In this document: piece after piece, positions 41,689-54,672 of the stretch | Layout of the letters: each line of letters opens with the position of its first letter | Numbering within the stretch: the stretch's first letter is position 1 | Assembly (NCBI GenBank): GCA_009914755.4 | Contig: CP068257.2 | Location: 37,408,001 to 37,472,000, forward strand | Direction of reading: 5' to 3' | Length of the DNA stretch: 64,000 nt | From: the human T2T-CHM13v2.0 reference genome, Homo sapiens | Notes under the pieces: generated by a model | What the model was told of the DNA's origin: nothing | What the model saw: only the letters and a program-made list of their open reading frames with translations | Database searches by the model: none | Program-made: the position numbers and the translations under genes

Positions 41689-41983
41689 GGCCAGGCATGG
41701 TGACTCACACCTGTAATCCTAGCACTTTGATAGGTTGAGGCGGGTGGATCACTTGAGGCCAGGAGTTCAAGACTAGCCTGGCCAAAATGGTGAAACCCCG
41801 TTTCTACTAAAAATACAAAAATTAGCTGGGCATAATGGTGCACACCTGTAATTCCAGCTACTTAGGAGGCTGAGGCACAAGAATGGCTTGAACCTGGGAG
41901 GCAGAGGTTGAAATGAGCCCAGATTGTGCCACTGCACTACAGCCTGGATGACAGAGGGAGACTCTGTCTCAAAAAAAAAAAAG
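41689..41983 (+). mobile_element. Alu SINE (AluS-like)
   Basis: 'ggccaggcatggtgactcacacctgtaatcctagcactttgataggttgaggcgggtggatcacttgaggccaggagttcaagactagcctggccaaaatggtgaaaccccgtttctactaaaaatacaaaaattagctgggc…gagactctgtctcaaaaaaaaaaaa'. Confidence 0.9.
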
Positions 41984-44977
41984 ATATAATTTAAGCATCA
42001 ATAAAAATAATAACTACAATAGGCTGAATCCATAGGTTCATAATAATATTAAAAAGCTCACTGCTCACAACTGGAAGATGGTCATGAACCACATCGCTAC
42101 TCTGAAGTTGATAAAGAGAAAAGATAAGGCATTTACTAATCTTTGCCTTCACAATACAAACTGCAGGATAACAAAAGAATTGATGGGCGAAAGGATTCCA
42201 ATTAGTAAACAAAGAAGGGATGATCTAATGTCACATTTTGAAACTCCTAATGAATTCATGGATCAAGGCAATGGAAACCACAAGAAAACCTGAGAGAAGC
42301 TGGTTTTAAATACTTTCTGATAGAAGAGCCCAGCAACATCTATGAAGTCATCTTAACACTCAAGAATTTAAACTCAAATCTGATCAAACCTCTAGCTCCA
42401 ACTACTAAAGTTTAGGAAAAGCAAGGCATAGAGAAACATGTTAGACAAAAGCATGGCACTATAGGAAGTTACAAGGCAAATGCGTTGATTTTTTCAATTA
42501 ATAAATGACCATACAACCAGAGAGGGACTTATGAACCAATTTAAACAAACTAAACTTGTTTGGATCCCAATTCAAATAAATCATCCAAAAAAATTCTTAA
42601 GACAATTTAGGAACTGTAAACACTGACTAAGTATTTGCTGATATTTTAAAAGATTGTTTTTATATGAGATAACAGTATAGTGGTTATTTGTTTTTAAGTT
42701 CTTTGTCTTTTCCTTATCTTTCAGATACACACTGAAATATTTAGAGATAAAATTATCTGATTCTTGGAAACTGCTTCAAAACAATTGGGTAAGGGCAAAG
42801 ATCAAAGAGGTTAGAAAAAACAAGATTGGCTAAATTGATAATTTTTGAGGCTAGGTGGTCAGTACATTCGCTTCATGATAAATGGCTCTCTAACTTGGTA
42901 TATGTTTTTAAATTTTGCGTTAAGTTTTTTAAAAACCATGCTGACAAATAATTTTCAGTAACATAGAAAATGCTTATGACACAATATTACGTGGGAAAAG
43001 GCAGGAAAAAATATCAATATAGTAAGATCCAAGCTATGTAAATCAGTATGTTCAATGCCCAAATGTTTGCAGTGGCTATTTTGGGTGGTGGGCTTATTAT
43101 GGATAAATGTCATCCTTTACACTAATTTTCCAACTTTCTTTTAATACAATGGGCACATATGACCTGGCGAATTAGGAAAAACAGATAGTTATTTTAGTTT
43201 TTAAGAGTAGGTGAACTATGAGCCATTTGAAATAATACTCTTGAGTCTTGAGTCTTGAGTGATGTGTTTAGGTAACATCCTCTGAGAGAGAGCTGGCACC
43301 ACCCCAGGGTGCCTCTTAGCACCTAAAAGTCACATCTGGTGTAAGATGGCAACGTGCCACTCTGTTTCTGAGGCGCCGTAAACAAAGGATTGATACATTT
43401 ATGTTTCCACTCAGTATGACCAAAGGAATGAAAAAAGTGCAATAATCTCACATATTTGACTCTCGGATGTCCCCAAAGGAGCGCAGCTTGGTAAATGACT
43501 ATCACTAGGTAATCACTGTTCTAGAAACTTCTGTGCCAGAGACAACTTGGGCGTTTTACAGTTTTTGTTCTGTTGCAAGACGTGATCCAGGGGATTATGC
43601 ACACTCCTCTCCTGCCTTTCTCCACAGGAAAGCAGACTGTTAGTCCCTCAGCAGGGCAGAGCATGCCAGGTCAGGGGCTCTCTCAGCAGACATTTCCTCA
43701 GAGGCCCGAAGCCCTAGCACCTCCCATAAGCAGGGCCTTGCTTTCCAGTGGAGTGTTTGTGTAAAAGGAATTTTTATGCCAGTGCCCTCTTAGGAATCTT
43801 TCTTTAAAATCATATGAAAGAAATGCAGAGAGAGATCTGAGTAAATCCTATATAACCCATAAGCCTAGAAAGTTCCAGAAGCATTCAGAATATTAATACA
43901 GCCATCATCAGGCCTTTTCCTCTCCCATGGAGTCATTGGCACCCTGGGAGATCTGGCTGGATAGTTCTGTCCATAATCTCTTAGATTTCTTGGTGGTTTT
44001 GTTTTATTTTATTTTTCCTCTTCTTGATATCCCTCCTGAGGATGATTTGACCTTTCTGGTAAAAATCTTAACTTGGGAATTTCTTGGATTTCCTGCCTGG
44101 AGATTATCACTCCAACATTTCCATATCGCATCTGCACATCTGTGTGGTTTCCAGCATTTGTACTTCATTCCGTCACTCCCCAGTGGCTCTCAAATGTCTT
44201 CTCCAATCTCAACAAACTGCCCTCTGGGGCTGTAAGCTCCATTTTTATCGATGGGAAAATAGAGACACCAAGAGGACTTGGCGAGGAGCGAATTCACCCT
44301 TGCCTGGACCCTGCTCCAGCCACGCTGGCCGGCCTCAGCGAGGGGCACCCACACACACAGGCCCAGTGCTCCACTCAGACACCTAAGGAGGCAGAGGCTC
44401 CATTAACACACCCTCATCCTCACCAGGCTTCCTTCTTTAGCCACAGGTGTGTCTGCCGTGACAGCATCTACCCCAGCATCAGTATGCAAATAAGCCAAAG
44501 GTGCAATGCATGGACTGACCTCCACGTAGATTTCACAGGATGGAACTGCCGTTTACAGGAGTCCTGTATATGGGAATCTAAACTTACCCATGAAAGGCAG
44601 AAAAGCTTCGGGAAATCACTCTTCGGGAAAGTAGAAGAAGAACTTAGATAACCCACCACCTCCCAGAGTGCACCCAGATGGAATGGATGCATCCTTCCTC
44701 GGGCTGAAAGGTCTGAAGAGAAGCTCCCTAGATCAGAGCCTCTCACCGGATTAAAATCCAGATGCAGATTCAGTAGGTCTGGCACGGCCTGACATTCTGC
44801 ATGTTAACAGCCCCTAGTTGATGCAGATGCTGCTGGTCCTTGCAGCCCACACTTTAAGTAGCAAAGATTTAGAGCTGAGCTGCCCAATACAATGGCCACT
44901 ACCTACTGTGGCTGTTGAGCCCTTGAAATGCAGCAAGTTATAATTAAAATGTGCTGCAAGTATAAAATACACACAAG

Positions 44978-47530
44978 ATTCTGAAACTATTCCAAACAAC
45001 AGATAAAGAGGGACTCCTCCCTAACTCATTTTATGAGGTCATCATCATCCTGATACCAAAACCTGGCAGAGACACAACAAAAAAAACATTTTAGGCCAAT
45101 ATCCCTGATGAACATTGATACAAAAATCCTCAATAAAATACTGGCAAACCAAATCCAGCAGCACATCAAAAAGCTTATCCACCAAGATCAAGTCAGCTTC
45201 ATCCCTGGGATGCAAGGCTGGTTCAACATACGCAAATCAGCAAAGGTAATCCATCACATAAACAGAACCAATGACAAAAACCACATGATTATCTCAATAG
45301 ATGCAGAAAAGGTCTTTGATAAAATTCAACACCCTTCATGCTACAAACTCTCAATAAACTAGGTATTGATGGAACGTATCTCAGAATAGTAAGAGCTATT
45401 TATGACAAACCCACAGCCAGTATCATACTGAATGGGCAAAAGCTGAAAGCATTCCCTTTGAAAACCGGCACAAAACAAGGATGCCCTCTCTCACCACTCC
45501 TATTCAACAAAGTATTGGAAGTTCTGTCCAGGGCAATCAGGCAAGAGAAAGAAATAAACGTATTCAAATTGGAAGAGAGGAAGTCAAATTGTCTCTGTTT
45601 GCAGATGACATGATTGTATATTTAGAACACCCCACCGTCTCAGCCCAAAATCTCCTTAAGCTGATAAGCAACTTCAGCAAAGTCTTAGGATACAACAGCA
45701 ATGTACAAAAATCATAAGCATTCCTATACACCAATAATAGACAAACAGAGAGCCAAATCATGAGTGAACTTCCATTCATAATTGCTACAAAAAGGATTAA
45801 ATACCTAGGAATACAACTTACAAGGGACGTGAAGGATCTCTTCAAGGAAAACTACAAACCACTTCTCAAGGAAATAAGAGAGGACACAAACAAATGGAAA
45901 AACATTCCATGCTCATGGATAGGAAGAATCGATATTGTGAAAATGGCCATACTGCCTGAAGTAATTTATAGATTTAATGCTATCCCCATCAAGCTACCAA
46001 TGACTTTCTTCACAGAATTAGAAAAAACTACTTTAAACTTCATATGGAACCAAAAAAGGGTCTGTATAGCCAAGACAATCCTCAGCAAAAAGAACAAAGC
46101 TGGAGGCATCATGCTACCTAACTTCAAACTATACTACAAGGCTACAGTAACCAAAACAGCATGGTACTGGTACCAAAACAGATATATAGACCAATGGAAC
46201 AGAACAGAGGCCTCAGAAATAATGCCACACATCTACAACCATCTGACCTTTGACAAACCTGACAAAAACAAGCAATGGGGAGAGGGTTCCCTATTTAATA
46301 AATGGTGTTGGGAAAACTGGCTAACCATATGCAGAAAACTGAAAGTGGACCCCTTCCTTACACCTTATACAAAAATTAACCCAAGATGGATTAAAGACTT
46401 AAATGTAAGACCTAAAACCATAAAAACCCTAGAAGAAAACCTAGGCAATACCATTCAGGACATAGGCATGGGCAAAGACTTCATGGCTAAAACACCAAAA
46501 GCAATGGCAACAAAAGCCAAAATTGACAAATGGGATCTAATTAAACTAAAGAGCTTCCACACAGCAAAAGAAACTATCAGCAGAGTGAATGGGCAACCTA
46601 CAGAATAGGAGAAAATTTTTGCAATCTACCATATGACAAAGGGCTAATATCCAGAATCTACAAAGAACTTAAACAAATTTACACGAAACAAACAACCCCA
46701 TTGAACAGTGGGCAAAGGATATGAACAGACACTTCTCAAAAGAAGACATTTATGCAGCCAGCAACATGAAAAAAAACTCATCATCACTGGTCATTAGAGA
46801 AATGCAAATCAAAACCACAATGAGATACCATCTCACGCCAGTTAGAATGGCCATCATTAAAAAGTCAGGAAACAACAGACGCTGGAGAGGATGTGGAGAA
46901 ATAGGAATGCTTTTACACTGTTGGTGGGATTGTAAATTAGTTCAACCACTGTGGAAGACAGTGTGGTGATTCCTCAAGGATCTAGAACCAGAAATACCAT
47001 TTGACCCTGCAATCCCATTACTGGGTATATAACCAAAGGATTATAAATCAGTATACTATAAAAGACACATGCACATGTATGTTTATTGCAGCACTGTTCA
47101 CAATAGCAAATACTGGGAACCAACACAAATGCCCATCAATGATAGATTGGATAAAGAAAATGTAGCACATATACACCATGGAATACTAGGCAACCATAAA
47201 AAACAATAAGTTCATGTCCTTTGCAGGGACATGGATGAAGCTGGAAACCATCATTCTCAGCAAACTAACACAGGAACAGAAAACCAAACACTGCATGTTC
47301 TCACTCATAAGTGGGAGTTGAACAATGAGAACACATGGACACAGGGAGGGGAACATCACACACCAGGGCCTGTCTGGAGGTGGGGGACTAGGGGAGGGAT
47401 AGCATTAGGAGAAATACCTAATGTAGATGATGGGTTGATGGGTGCGGCAAACCACCATGGCACGTGTATACCTATATAACAAACCTGCACATTCTGCACA
47501 GGTATCCCAGAACTTAAAGTATAATTTAAA
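44978..47530 (+). mobile_element. LINE-1 (L1PA-like), 5'-truncated: ORF2 from the RT domain to the stop plus 3' UTR; frameshifted
   Basis: ORF-track proteins 45108-45362 ('…[39 protein letters not shown]…'), 45760-46608 ('…[44 protein letters not shown]…[33 protein letters not shown]…') and 46721-46969 ('…[52 protein letters not shown]') are L1 ORF2p segments. The 3' UTR ends '…cacgtgtatacctatataacaaacctgcacattctgcacaggtatcccagaacttaaagtataattt'. Confidence 0.95.
45108..46969 (+). pseudogene. L1 ORF2 (reverse transcriptase / C-terminal domain) remnant, multiple frameshifts and stops
   Basis: Five overlapping ORFs in three frames (45108-45362, 45338-45613, 45481-45717, 45760-46608, 46721-46969) together reconstruct ORF2p. 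None is intact. Confidence 0.9.
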
Positions 47531-47532
47531 AC

Positions 47533-47548
47533 ACACACACACACACAA
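47533..47548. repeat. (CA)7 microsatellite at the L1 3' end
   Basis: 'acacacacacacacaa'. Confidence 0.9.
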
Positions 47549-47675
47549 GATTTCAAAGATAGAATGAGACAAAGAAGATAAAATTGTTCACTAATCATTT
47601 TTATATCAAATATATGATGAGATGATACGAATATATTGGTTTAAATTAGCTATGGTATCAAAATTAACTTCACTG

Positions 47676-47990
47676 TTTTTTTTTTTACTTTAAATACTGG
47701 GATACATGTGCAGAATGTGCAGGTTTGTTACACAGGTATACACGTGCCATGGTGGTTTGCTGCATCTATCAGCCTATCATCTAGGTTTTAAGCCCCGCAT
47801 GCATTAGGTATTTGTCCTAATGCTCTCCCACCCCTTGCCGCCCATCCCCCGACAGGTGTATGATGTTCCCTTTCCTGTGTCCATGTGTTCTCGTTGTTCA
47901 ACTCCACTTAAGAGTGAGAAAATTCAGTGTTTGGTTTTCTGTTCCTGTGTTAGTCAAAGGACATGAATGAAGCTGGAAGTTCACTATTTC
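47676..47990 (-). mobile_element. LINE-1 3'-end fragment (antisense, poly-T at 47676-47688) with a possible short inverted (sense) segment at 47955-47985
   Basis: 'tttttttttttactttaaatactgggatacatgtgcagaatgtgcaggtttgttacacaggtatacacgtgccatggtggtttgctgcatc…cctttcctgtgtccatgtgttctcgttgttcaactccacttaagagtgagaaaattcagtgtttggttttctgttcctgtgttagt' is the reverse complement of the L1 3' end. It is followed by 'caaaggacatgaatgaagctggaagttcac', which matches the sense L1 sequence 'gcagggacatggatgaagctggaaaccatca'. Confidence 0.8.
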
Positions 47991-49009
47991 TTTTTTATTT
48001 TTTAACATGTGACTACAAGAAAACTTTCCATTATAAAAACACCCCATGTTTCTATTGGTCAGCACTGATCTGCAAGACTCTACAAGCTTTAAAGCTAAAA
48101 TTCTTGAAAGTGCTCTTAGAAATGGTTTTATATGCTTGCCTTCTCCTTGGAAATATACACAATTTATCAACCTGCCAAAAAGGTCTTATCCATCCACCTC
48201 TTCTCACTAGGAAGTAGCAAGAGAAAGGGCTGATCAAAGCCAGATAACCTGTCCCACATAATGGCCAAGGCTTCCTTTGAATAATATCATGGTGGCTTTT
48301 GATTTTACATAGCCAATTCCAGATAAGAGAGGCCTGTCCTTGTTAAAATGACTGTTAAGTCCATTCAACATAATATTATCTAAAGACCGACTATCACTCC
48401 AATTTCTGATAAAAGCAACAAATGTGGTTAGAGTCCCAGGCTGATCTTTTGCTTGGTTAACACAATCCAGTCCATTTTTTCCTAATGATCACTTCTTTTC
48501 TTTCAGCTGAAATGTCTTTCTCATTAGCAGACATTTTTGAAGTAGAGGGGTTGTTTGTTTAAGGCTTCAAGACCAAGGCAAACATTTGTTATAAGGCTCC
48601 AAAGGAATTTGCAAATAATTTCCATCCATGATTTCCAAAGCCACAGGCTGCTTGTATAACATTTGTGCAAAATGCGTGGGCTGCTCCCATGAAGCAAGCA
48701 TTGCCAGAAATGTTTACTCTGCAGGAGTAAAGCTGTGTGTTTGTCACTCTGTTTGAAAACTTCCACATGGCAGCTCAATGGGTAGAGTGTGGAATAGACA
48801 CTCCATGGATGGCCACGGAACTCTCCATGCCTGTGTCCTCTGATGAGCTGCCCTTGCAGGATTTGACACCTCTTGATTCACTGTGGCTGTCACCTCTTTG
48901 AATTGTCTTCAGTTAAGACTGATCACACAAAGGCCAAGTACAGAAGGGTTCTCCAGCTCTCTAAATGCAGGCCATCCCATGAAGTTTAAGAATAGAAAAG
49001 CCCTGGACA

Positions 49010-49455
49010 GTCGTGGGACAATGTTATAGCATAAATTGTGTCCCCAAAAAAGATGTATTGAATTCCTAACCCCTGATATCTCAGAATGTGACCTAATTTT
49101 GGAAGTAGGGTCTTTACAGAGGTAATCAAGTTAAAATGAGGGTATTAGAGTGGGCTCTAACCTAGTATGACTGATGTCCTTATAAAAGGGGGGAATGACA
49201 CAGACACAAAGGAAGAACTACATGAGGAGACACCGAGAACCATGAGAAGATTGGACTTAGGCTGTCACAGCCAAGGAATGACTGGGGCTACCAGAAGCTG
49301 GGAGAGAGGCCTGGAACAGATCTCTCCCTACGGCTCTGCAGAGCTTGGATTTGGTCTTCTCTCCTCCAGAACAGCAAGAGAATAAATCTCTCATGTTTTC
49401 AGCCACCCAGTTGGTGGCATTTTATTACAGTAGCCCCAGGACTAATACAGACTTG
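49010..49455 (+). mobile_element. Ancient interspersed repeat, family not assigned (copy 2, homologous to 12910-13350)
   Basis: '…gtccccaaaaaagatgtattgaattcctaacccctgatatctcagaatgtgacctaattttggaagtagggtctttacagaggtaatcaagttaaaatgagg…tcttctctcctccagaacagcaagagaataaatctctcatgttttcagccacccagttggtggcattttattacagtagccccagg'. Confidence 0.6.
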
Positions 49456-49596
49456 AATTCTAACAGTTCCCATGACTTTTGGGGTTTTTTTTTTGCCATC
49501 ATTCTCACATGCCATCCCACCTTGGTCCCTTAGTATGCGTCAGTGATCTGGGGGTGACCACGTATAGTGGCAGCATCTTAAAAATGCATTCTATAG

Positions 49597-49821
49597 GTTG
49601 CCAGATTTAACAAATACAAATAGAGGATGCCTAGTTCAAGTTGAATTTCAGATAAACAACAGATAATTTTTAGTATAAGTATTTAGTATACTATTTGTAA
49701 GTGTTTAGTATAAGTATTTACTATAAGTAATGTCCTTCAGACATACTTATACTAAAAAGTTTTCTGTTGTTTATCTGAAATTCATGTTGAAACTGGATGT
49801 CCCGTATTTTATCTGGCAACC
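49597..49821. mobile_element. Intact palindromic MITE (about 225 bp) with terminal inverted repeats
   Basis: Termini 'ggttgccagatttaacaaatacaaatagaggatgcc…' and '…ggatgtcccgtattttatctggcaacc'. The internal arms are inverted repeats ('ttcagataaacaacagataatttttagtataagtatt…' and '…aatgtccttcagacatacttatactaaaaagttttctgttgtttatctgaa'). Confidence 0.7.
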
Positions 49822-51405
49822 TAAATAATAAGCATCTTTGAAATACTCTAAACTCCCTGGAAAAGACATGTGTTTGGTGCCACGAGGCGGGCTGGGAGAA
49901 TTTCCATGAGGCTGGGCCAAAACACAGGGTTCATTGCTTGGCATCAGCTCACTTCTGCTTCCACAATGAGAAGCAGAAACTTAATTCCTCCAAGGAACAA
50001 TTAATTGGAGTAGAAAGCTTGATTCTTGCATTTCCCACGTAGGTCACAAATTTCTGTTGTTGCAATGTACCTAATACCTATGTTGTGGTTCAAAATGTAG
50101 CATCATCTTAATGCATGCCCATAACTGAATTGTTCCGCCTAAAATAAGTGTAATCACCCTAACCCTAAACTATTCATAACAGACAGGTGAGCTTCAGGGG
50201 TGCATGACCCACACAGCCACACAGGGCCTTGCGCTCAGGACCCCACACTTGATTCAAAACTCTGCAGTCACTGTATTAAAATTCTCAGTAATTTTTGAGC
50301 AAGGGGTTCTGCATTTTTATTTTGCACTGGGCCTCACAAACGATGTCACCGGTCCGAGGACAGGTGTACCTAATAACACGTCAGCTGCTGCACAAAATGC
50401 TTCCATCACTGAAAAGTGACAGATGCCTCAGCCTATTCTTTGCTGAACTCGCTTCTAAGCAACTAGAGCCCTTTGGCCTGGCACCTCTCCTCTGCCACGT
50501 GCTGCTGTCTCCAGCATTGCTTTAATTTAATTAGTGTCTGGCTGGTTGAAAAGACTGTTTTTGATTCTGTGTGTGCTGTATGAGCTGTTGTCTGGATTCT
50601 CTTCCAACTTGGCCTTGGGAACACCCAGTGTCGAATCTGCTGTCTTTGGCTCTGTAAGACTGTGGTTTTTAAAGGACAATTGTTGCTCATAGCAACTTGA
50701 AGGCTGGATGGAGACTTGCCTGAAGCCCCATGAACCAGCAGATTTGGGGCTATTTAATTTCCCACCAGTAGCTGATTCCAAAGGTGTGCTTGTGTGGAAC
50801 CAAATCTCTCTGCCATCAGCCACATTTATTTTCTAATCTTCATTTTTTTTCCCTCCCTTCTCATGTACAGGGTTCAGCTTTCTTTCTCCTCCTCTAAGGT
50901 TTTCCTTCCGAATTCCCCTTATCCCTTTCCTTGTCCTCTCCCTGTTTGTAACCCATCCACTATTCCACATGCCCCTAGCTGACCCATTTTTTGCTCAGGT
51001 CTTTCTCCAGGGGAGAAGAACCAAAAGATGAGATTCAAATTGATTTTGCTGCTCATTAATGTCCCTTTCAAAGTTCTTGACGAGGGTGATGAAGCCAATG
51101 CCTAGGGGAAGAAATTTCAAACATTGGCTTTCCAGTTCCATTCCAGTTCCCCACCAATGTCTTCAGTGATGCCACCATGCAAAGAGCATCAGGAAAGGAG
51201 CACTGAATTCTGGCTCAAAGTCACTTCTCTGTGACTTTGGCTAAGACACTGAAACTCTCAAGATCTTGATTTCCTCATCTACAAAATAAGAGTGCTCAAT
51301 TACATAATAATCTCATAGAAACCTATAATTTGCACACCAAAGTTATAACCATTAATTATCCCACAAAGCACAGCAGGAATTTTCTAAATCTGAGGCTTGT
51401 GAACC

Positions 51406-51700
51406 ACTGTATTAGTCAGCAATTGCTGTGATAATGCTACATAACAATCCCAACTCTTGTGGCTTAGAACAACAAACATGTATTTCTTGTCTGATGGGCC
51501 AGAGATCTGATTTGGTCCAAACCCATCCAAGGATGTCTCTATAGCCCCAGCATGCTCCAAAACACACATGACCCTTGAAGACAGGGAGCCCTGACCTTGT
51601 TCTTGGTCCTCTCATTGGTGAGTCCAGTTGGATCTGTTTGTCTCCTATCAGGGAATCTACCCCGATATTCATGTAGGTTCTTTTCTATTTTCCCTAAGCA
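51406..51700 (+). mobile_element. MaLR-like LTR fragment (starts with canonical 'tgtattagtcag…')
   Basis: 'tgtattagtcagcaattgctgtgataatgctacataacaatcccaactcttgtggcttagaacaacaaacatgtatttcttgtc…' follows the pattern 'tgtattagtcagc…ttgctgtgtaacaaa…cttagtggcttaaaacaacaaacatttatt' typical of a widespread LTR family. Confidence 0.45.
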
Positions 51701-53829
51701 TTGGCCAGCTTGAGAAATAAAGGGACAGAGTACAAAAGAGAGAAATTTTAAAGCTGGGCACCCGGGGGAGACATCACACGTTGGTAGGATCTGTGATGCC
51801 CCACAAGCCACAAAAACCAGCAAGTTTTTATTAGAGATTTTCAAAAGGGGAGGGAGTGTGTGAATAGGTGTGGGTCACAGACATCAAGTACTTTACAAGG
51901 TAATAGAATATCACAAGGCAAGTGGAGGCAGGGCAAGATCACAGGACCACAGGACCGAGGTGAAATCAAATTGCTAATGAAGTTTCAGGCACCATTGTCA
52001 TTGATAACATCTCATCAGGAGACAGGGTTTTGAGATCAACTGGTCTGACCAAAATTTATTAGGCAGGAATTTCCTCTTCCTAATAAGCCTGGGAGCGCTA
52101 TGGGAGACTGGAGTCTATTTCATCTCTGCAGCCTTGACCATAAGAGATGGCTATGCCCAGGGGGGCCAGTTTAGAGACCTACCTGCAGGCGCACATTCTC
52201 TTTCTCAGGGATGTTCCATGCTGAGAAAAAGAATTCAGCGGTATTTCTCCCATTTGCTTTTGAAAGAAGAGAAATATGGCTCTGTTCTGCTCAGCTCACC
52301 GGCAGTCAGAGTTTAAGGTTATCTCTCTTGTTTCCTAAACATTGCTGTTACCTTGTTCTTTTTGAAGGTGCCCAGATTTCATATTGTTTAAACACACATG
52401 CTCTACAATTTGTGCAGTTAATGCAATTATCACATGGTCCTGAGGTGACATACATCCTCCTCGGCTGACAGGATTAAGAGACTAAAGTAAAGACAGGCAC
52501 AGGAAATCACAAGGGTATTGATTGGGGAAGTGATAAATGTCCATGAAATCTTCACAACTTATGTTTAGAGACTGCAGTAAAGACAGGCATAAGAAATATA
52601 AAAGTATTAATTTGGGGAACTAATAAATGTCCATGAAATCTTCACAATCCACGTTCTTCTGCCATGGCTTCAGCCGGTCCCTCCGTTTGGGGTCCCTGAC
52701 TTCCCGCAACAGTCTCCTTGGGATTTTGATTTGTCTTTGATCAAGAAGGGTTAGGCTTGTGCAAACGGCAGTATGCCTACAATCTCAATTGTCGACGTTT
52801 GCCAGACAACGGCTTTGCTCAGGGCCTGGGGCATTGGCCACAAATCTGTTCAATTAATACCAATTGACCAAATAACCAAGATGTTATATTGGCCAAACTA
52901 ACAGACTGCAGTGTTTTACAGGATTGCTTAAGAACTTTAACAGAAATGTTTTAACATTAACAAGAATTTGGTTTCGATTAATAGATATATAGAAACACAT
53001 ATTTTATCATCAGTAACTAAAATTGTAGTATTTAGCATTGAAGTTGTTTATATTATGCTAACATCTAAGAGACAAAAAAATAAGCTAATTGATTGGCCTG
53101 GTGAATAGATTTTAACCCAAGACACCATGTACAGTTGCAAAGGCTGTGCACTATACCACCTCAAGAACTCTATGTGCATAGCCATGATGTGAGTGTGCCT
53201 CCAAAACTGCATAGCACAGCAACCATGGCTTCAACAAATTCACTCCTCCTCAACCTAAGACCCCTGTCTTCATATTAATTGCCCATTTCTCTGTGACCAT
53301 GGACTTTTTCTCTGGTTCCCCAGAGAAAAAGAGAGATGACTTTTTCTCATTCCCCAAAGCCATCACCATCCTGTCCTTTTCAGAACCCCATAACAAGACC
53401 CTCTTTGTTAATGCATTTCCATTCTGTTCTCTGACTCCCCTGCCTGCTTACACCCAACCCCACTCTGCCAAGAAATGTATGCACATCCTAATGCAGACAT
53501 GTTGTGCAAACAAGTCTTTTACCTAAGAACTACTGCAGGTGCAGGAATCCAGCACCATGAAGGTTGGAATGGGGAAGTTTACCAGCAGCAGATGGGGCAT
53601 ACCTGATAGAGAAATTCCAAAGAGGGATAATAAGACTCTGCCTGCCTCCTTCATGGAAATATACTCTGAGGTGGAAATGTACACAGTGTTCCCATAAGGG
53701 GCTTAGAACCATCATAAATGCATTATGCACAGATACAGCATAAATGTGGGGATGGGGGGGTCACAAGTGGCTGGTGCATCAAGGACTCCCAGGCTGTAGG
53801 TGACACTCTGGGATGTCATCATACCACTT

Positions 53830-54400
53830 AGCACCCCCATTATTCTTTTTAATTAAAATGAAATTCACATAATATAAAATTAATCATTTTAAAAGGAACA
53901 ATTCAGTGGCATTCAGTATATTCACAATGTTGTGCAACCACCACCTCCATCTAGTTCCAGAACATTCCAGCACCCCAAAAGAAAGTCTCATACCCATTAA
54001 GCAGCGATTCCCCATTCTCCCTCCCCCATCTCCCACCCTGACCCTTGACAACCACTAATCTGCTTTTTGTCTCTTTGAATGCCCCTATTCTGGGCATTTT
54101 ATATAAATGGAATCGTACAACATGTGACCTTTTGTATCTGCCTTCTTCGACTTAGCATAATATTTTCGAGATTCATCCAGGTTGTAACGCGTGTCAGTCC
54201 TCCATTCTTTTTTATGGCTGAATAATGGTCCAATATATGAAAAGACTACATTTTGTTTAACCATGCCTCCAATAACGGACATCTGAGTTGCTTCCACTTT
54301 TTAGCTATCATGAATAATGCTGCTACAAACATTTGTGTGGAACTATTTCTTGAGTGCTGTTTTCAGCTCTCTTGGATGTATACCCAGGAATGGAATTGCA
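53830..54400 (-). mobile_element. Old LINE-1 3'-end fragment (antisense)
   Basis: '…cagtggcattcagtatattcacaatgttgtgcaaccaccacctccatctagttccagaacattc…cataatattttcgagattcatccaggttgtaacgcgtgtcagtcctccattcttttttatggctgaataatggtccaatatatg…gttgcttccactttttagctatcatgaataatgctgctacaaacatttgtgtgg' has the same architecture as 22690-23215 and 25235-25890. Confidence 0.75.
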
Positions 54401-54464
54401 TCTTCATCATGATATCCTCTCATTTTTCCAGCCTTTATTCTGAATCTTTTTAGAGGTCAAGGAA

Positions 54465-54672
54465 AGCAAACTTTTCCTGTAAATAAGCAGATAGTAAATA
54501 TTTTAGGCTTTGCAAGCCAGGTGGTCTCTGATGCAACTACTCAACTCTACCTTTGTAGCATGAAGCAACCACAGACAATCCATAAAAAGTTTATTGTTCT
54601 TCAATAAAATTTATTCACAAAAACAGACAAAGGGCCAGATTTGGCCCTCAGGCCGTGGTTTGCCAACCCCAG
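54465..54672 (+). mobile_element. Ancient mammalian MITE (sense copy, partner of 30490-30715)
   Basis: 'cctgtaaataagcagatagtaaatattttaggctttgcaagccaggtggtctctgatgcaactactcaactctacctttgtagcatgaagcaaccacagacaatccataaaaagtttattgttcttcaataaaatttattcacaaaaacagacaaagggccagatttggccctcaggccgtggtttgccaaccccagctc'. Confidence 0.55.

Noticed and set aside
45760-46608. 282-aa ORF, the longest in the window
   Set aside because: It is a fragment of L1 ORF2 (motifs [27 protein letters not shown]…, [20 protein letters not shown]), part of a frameshifted, truncated retrotransposon, not a host gene.
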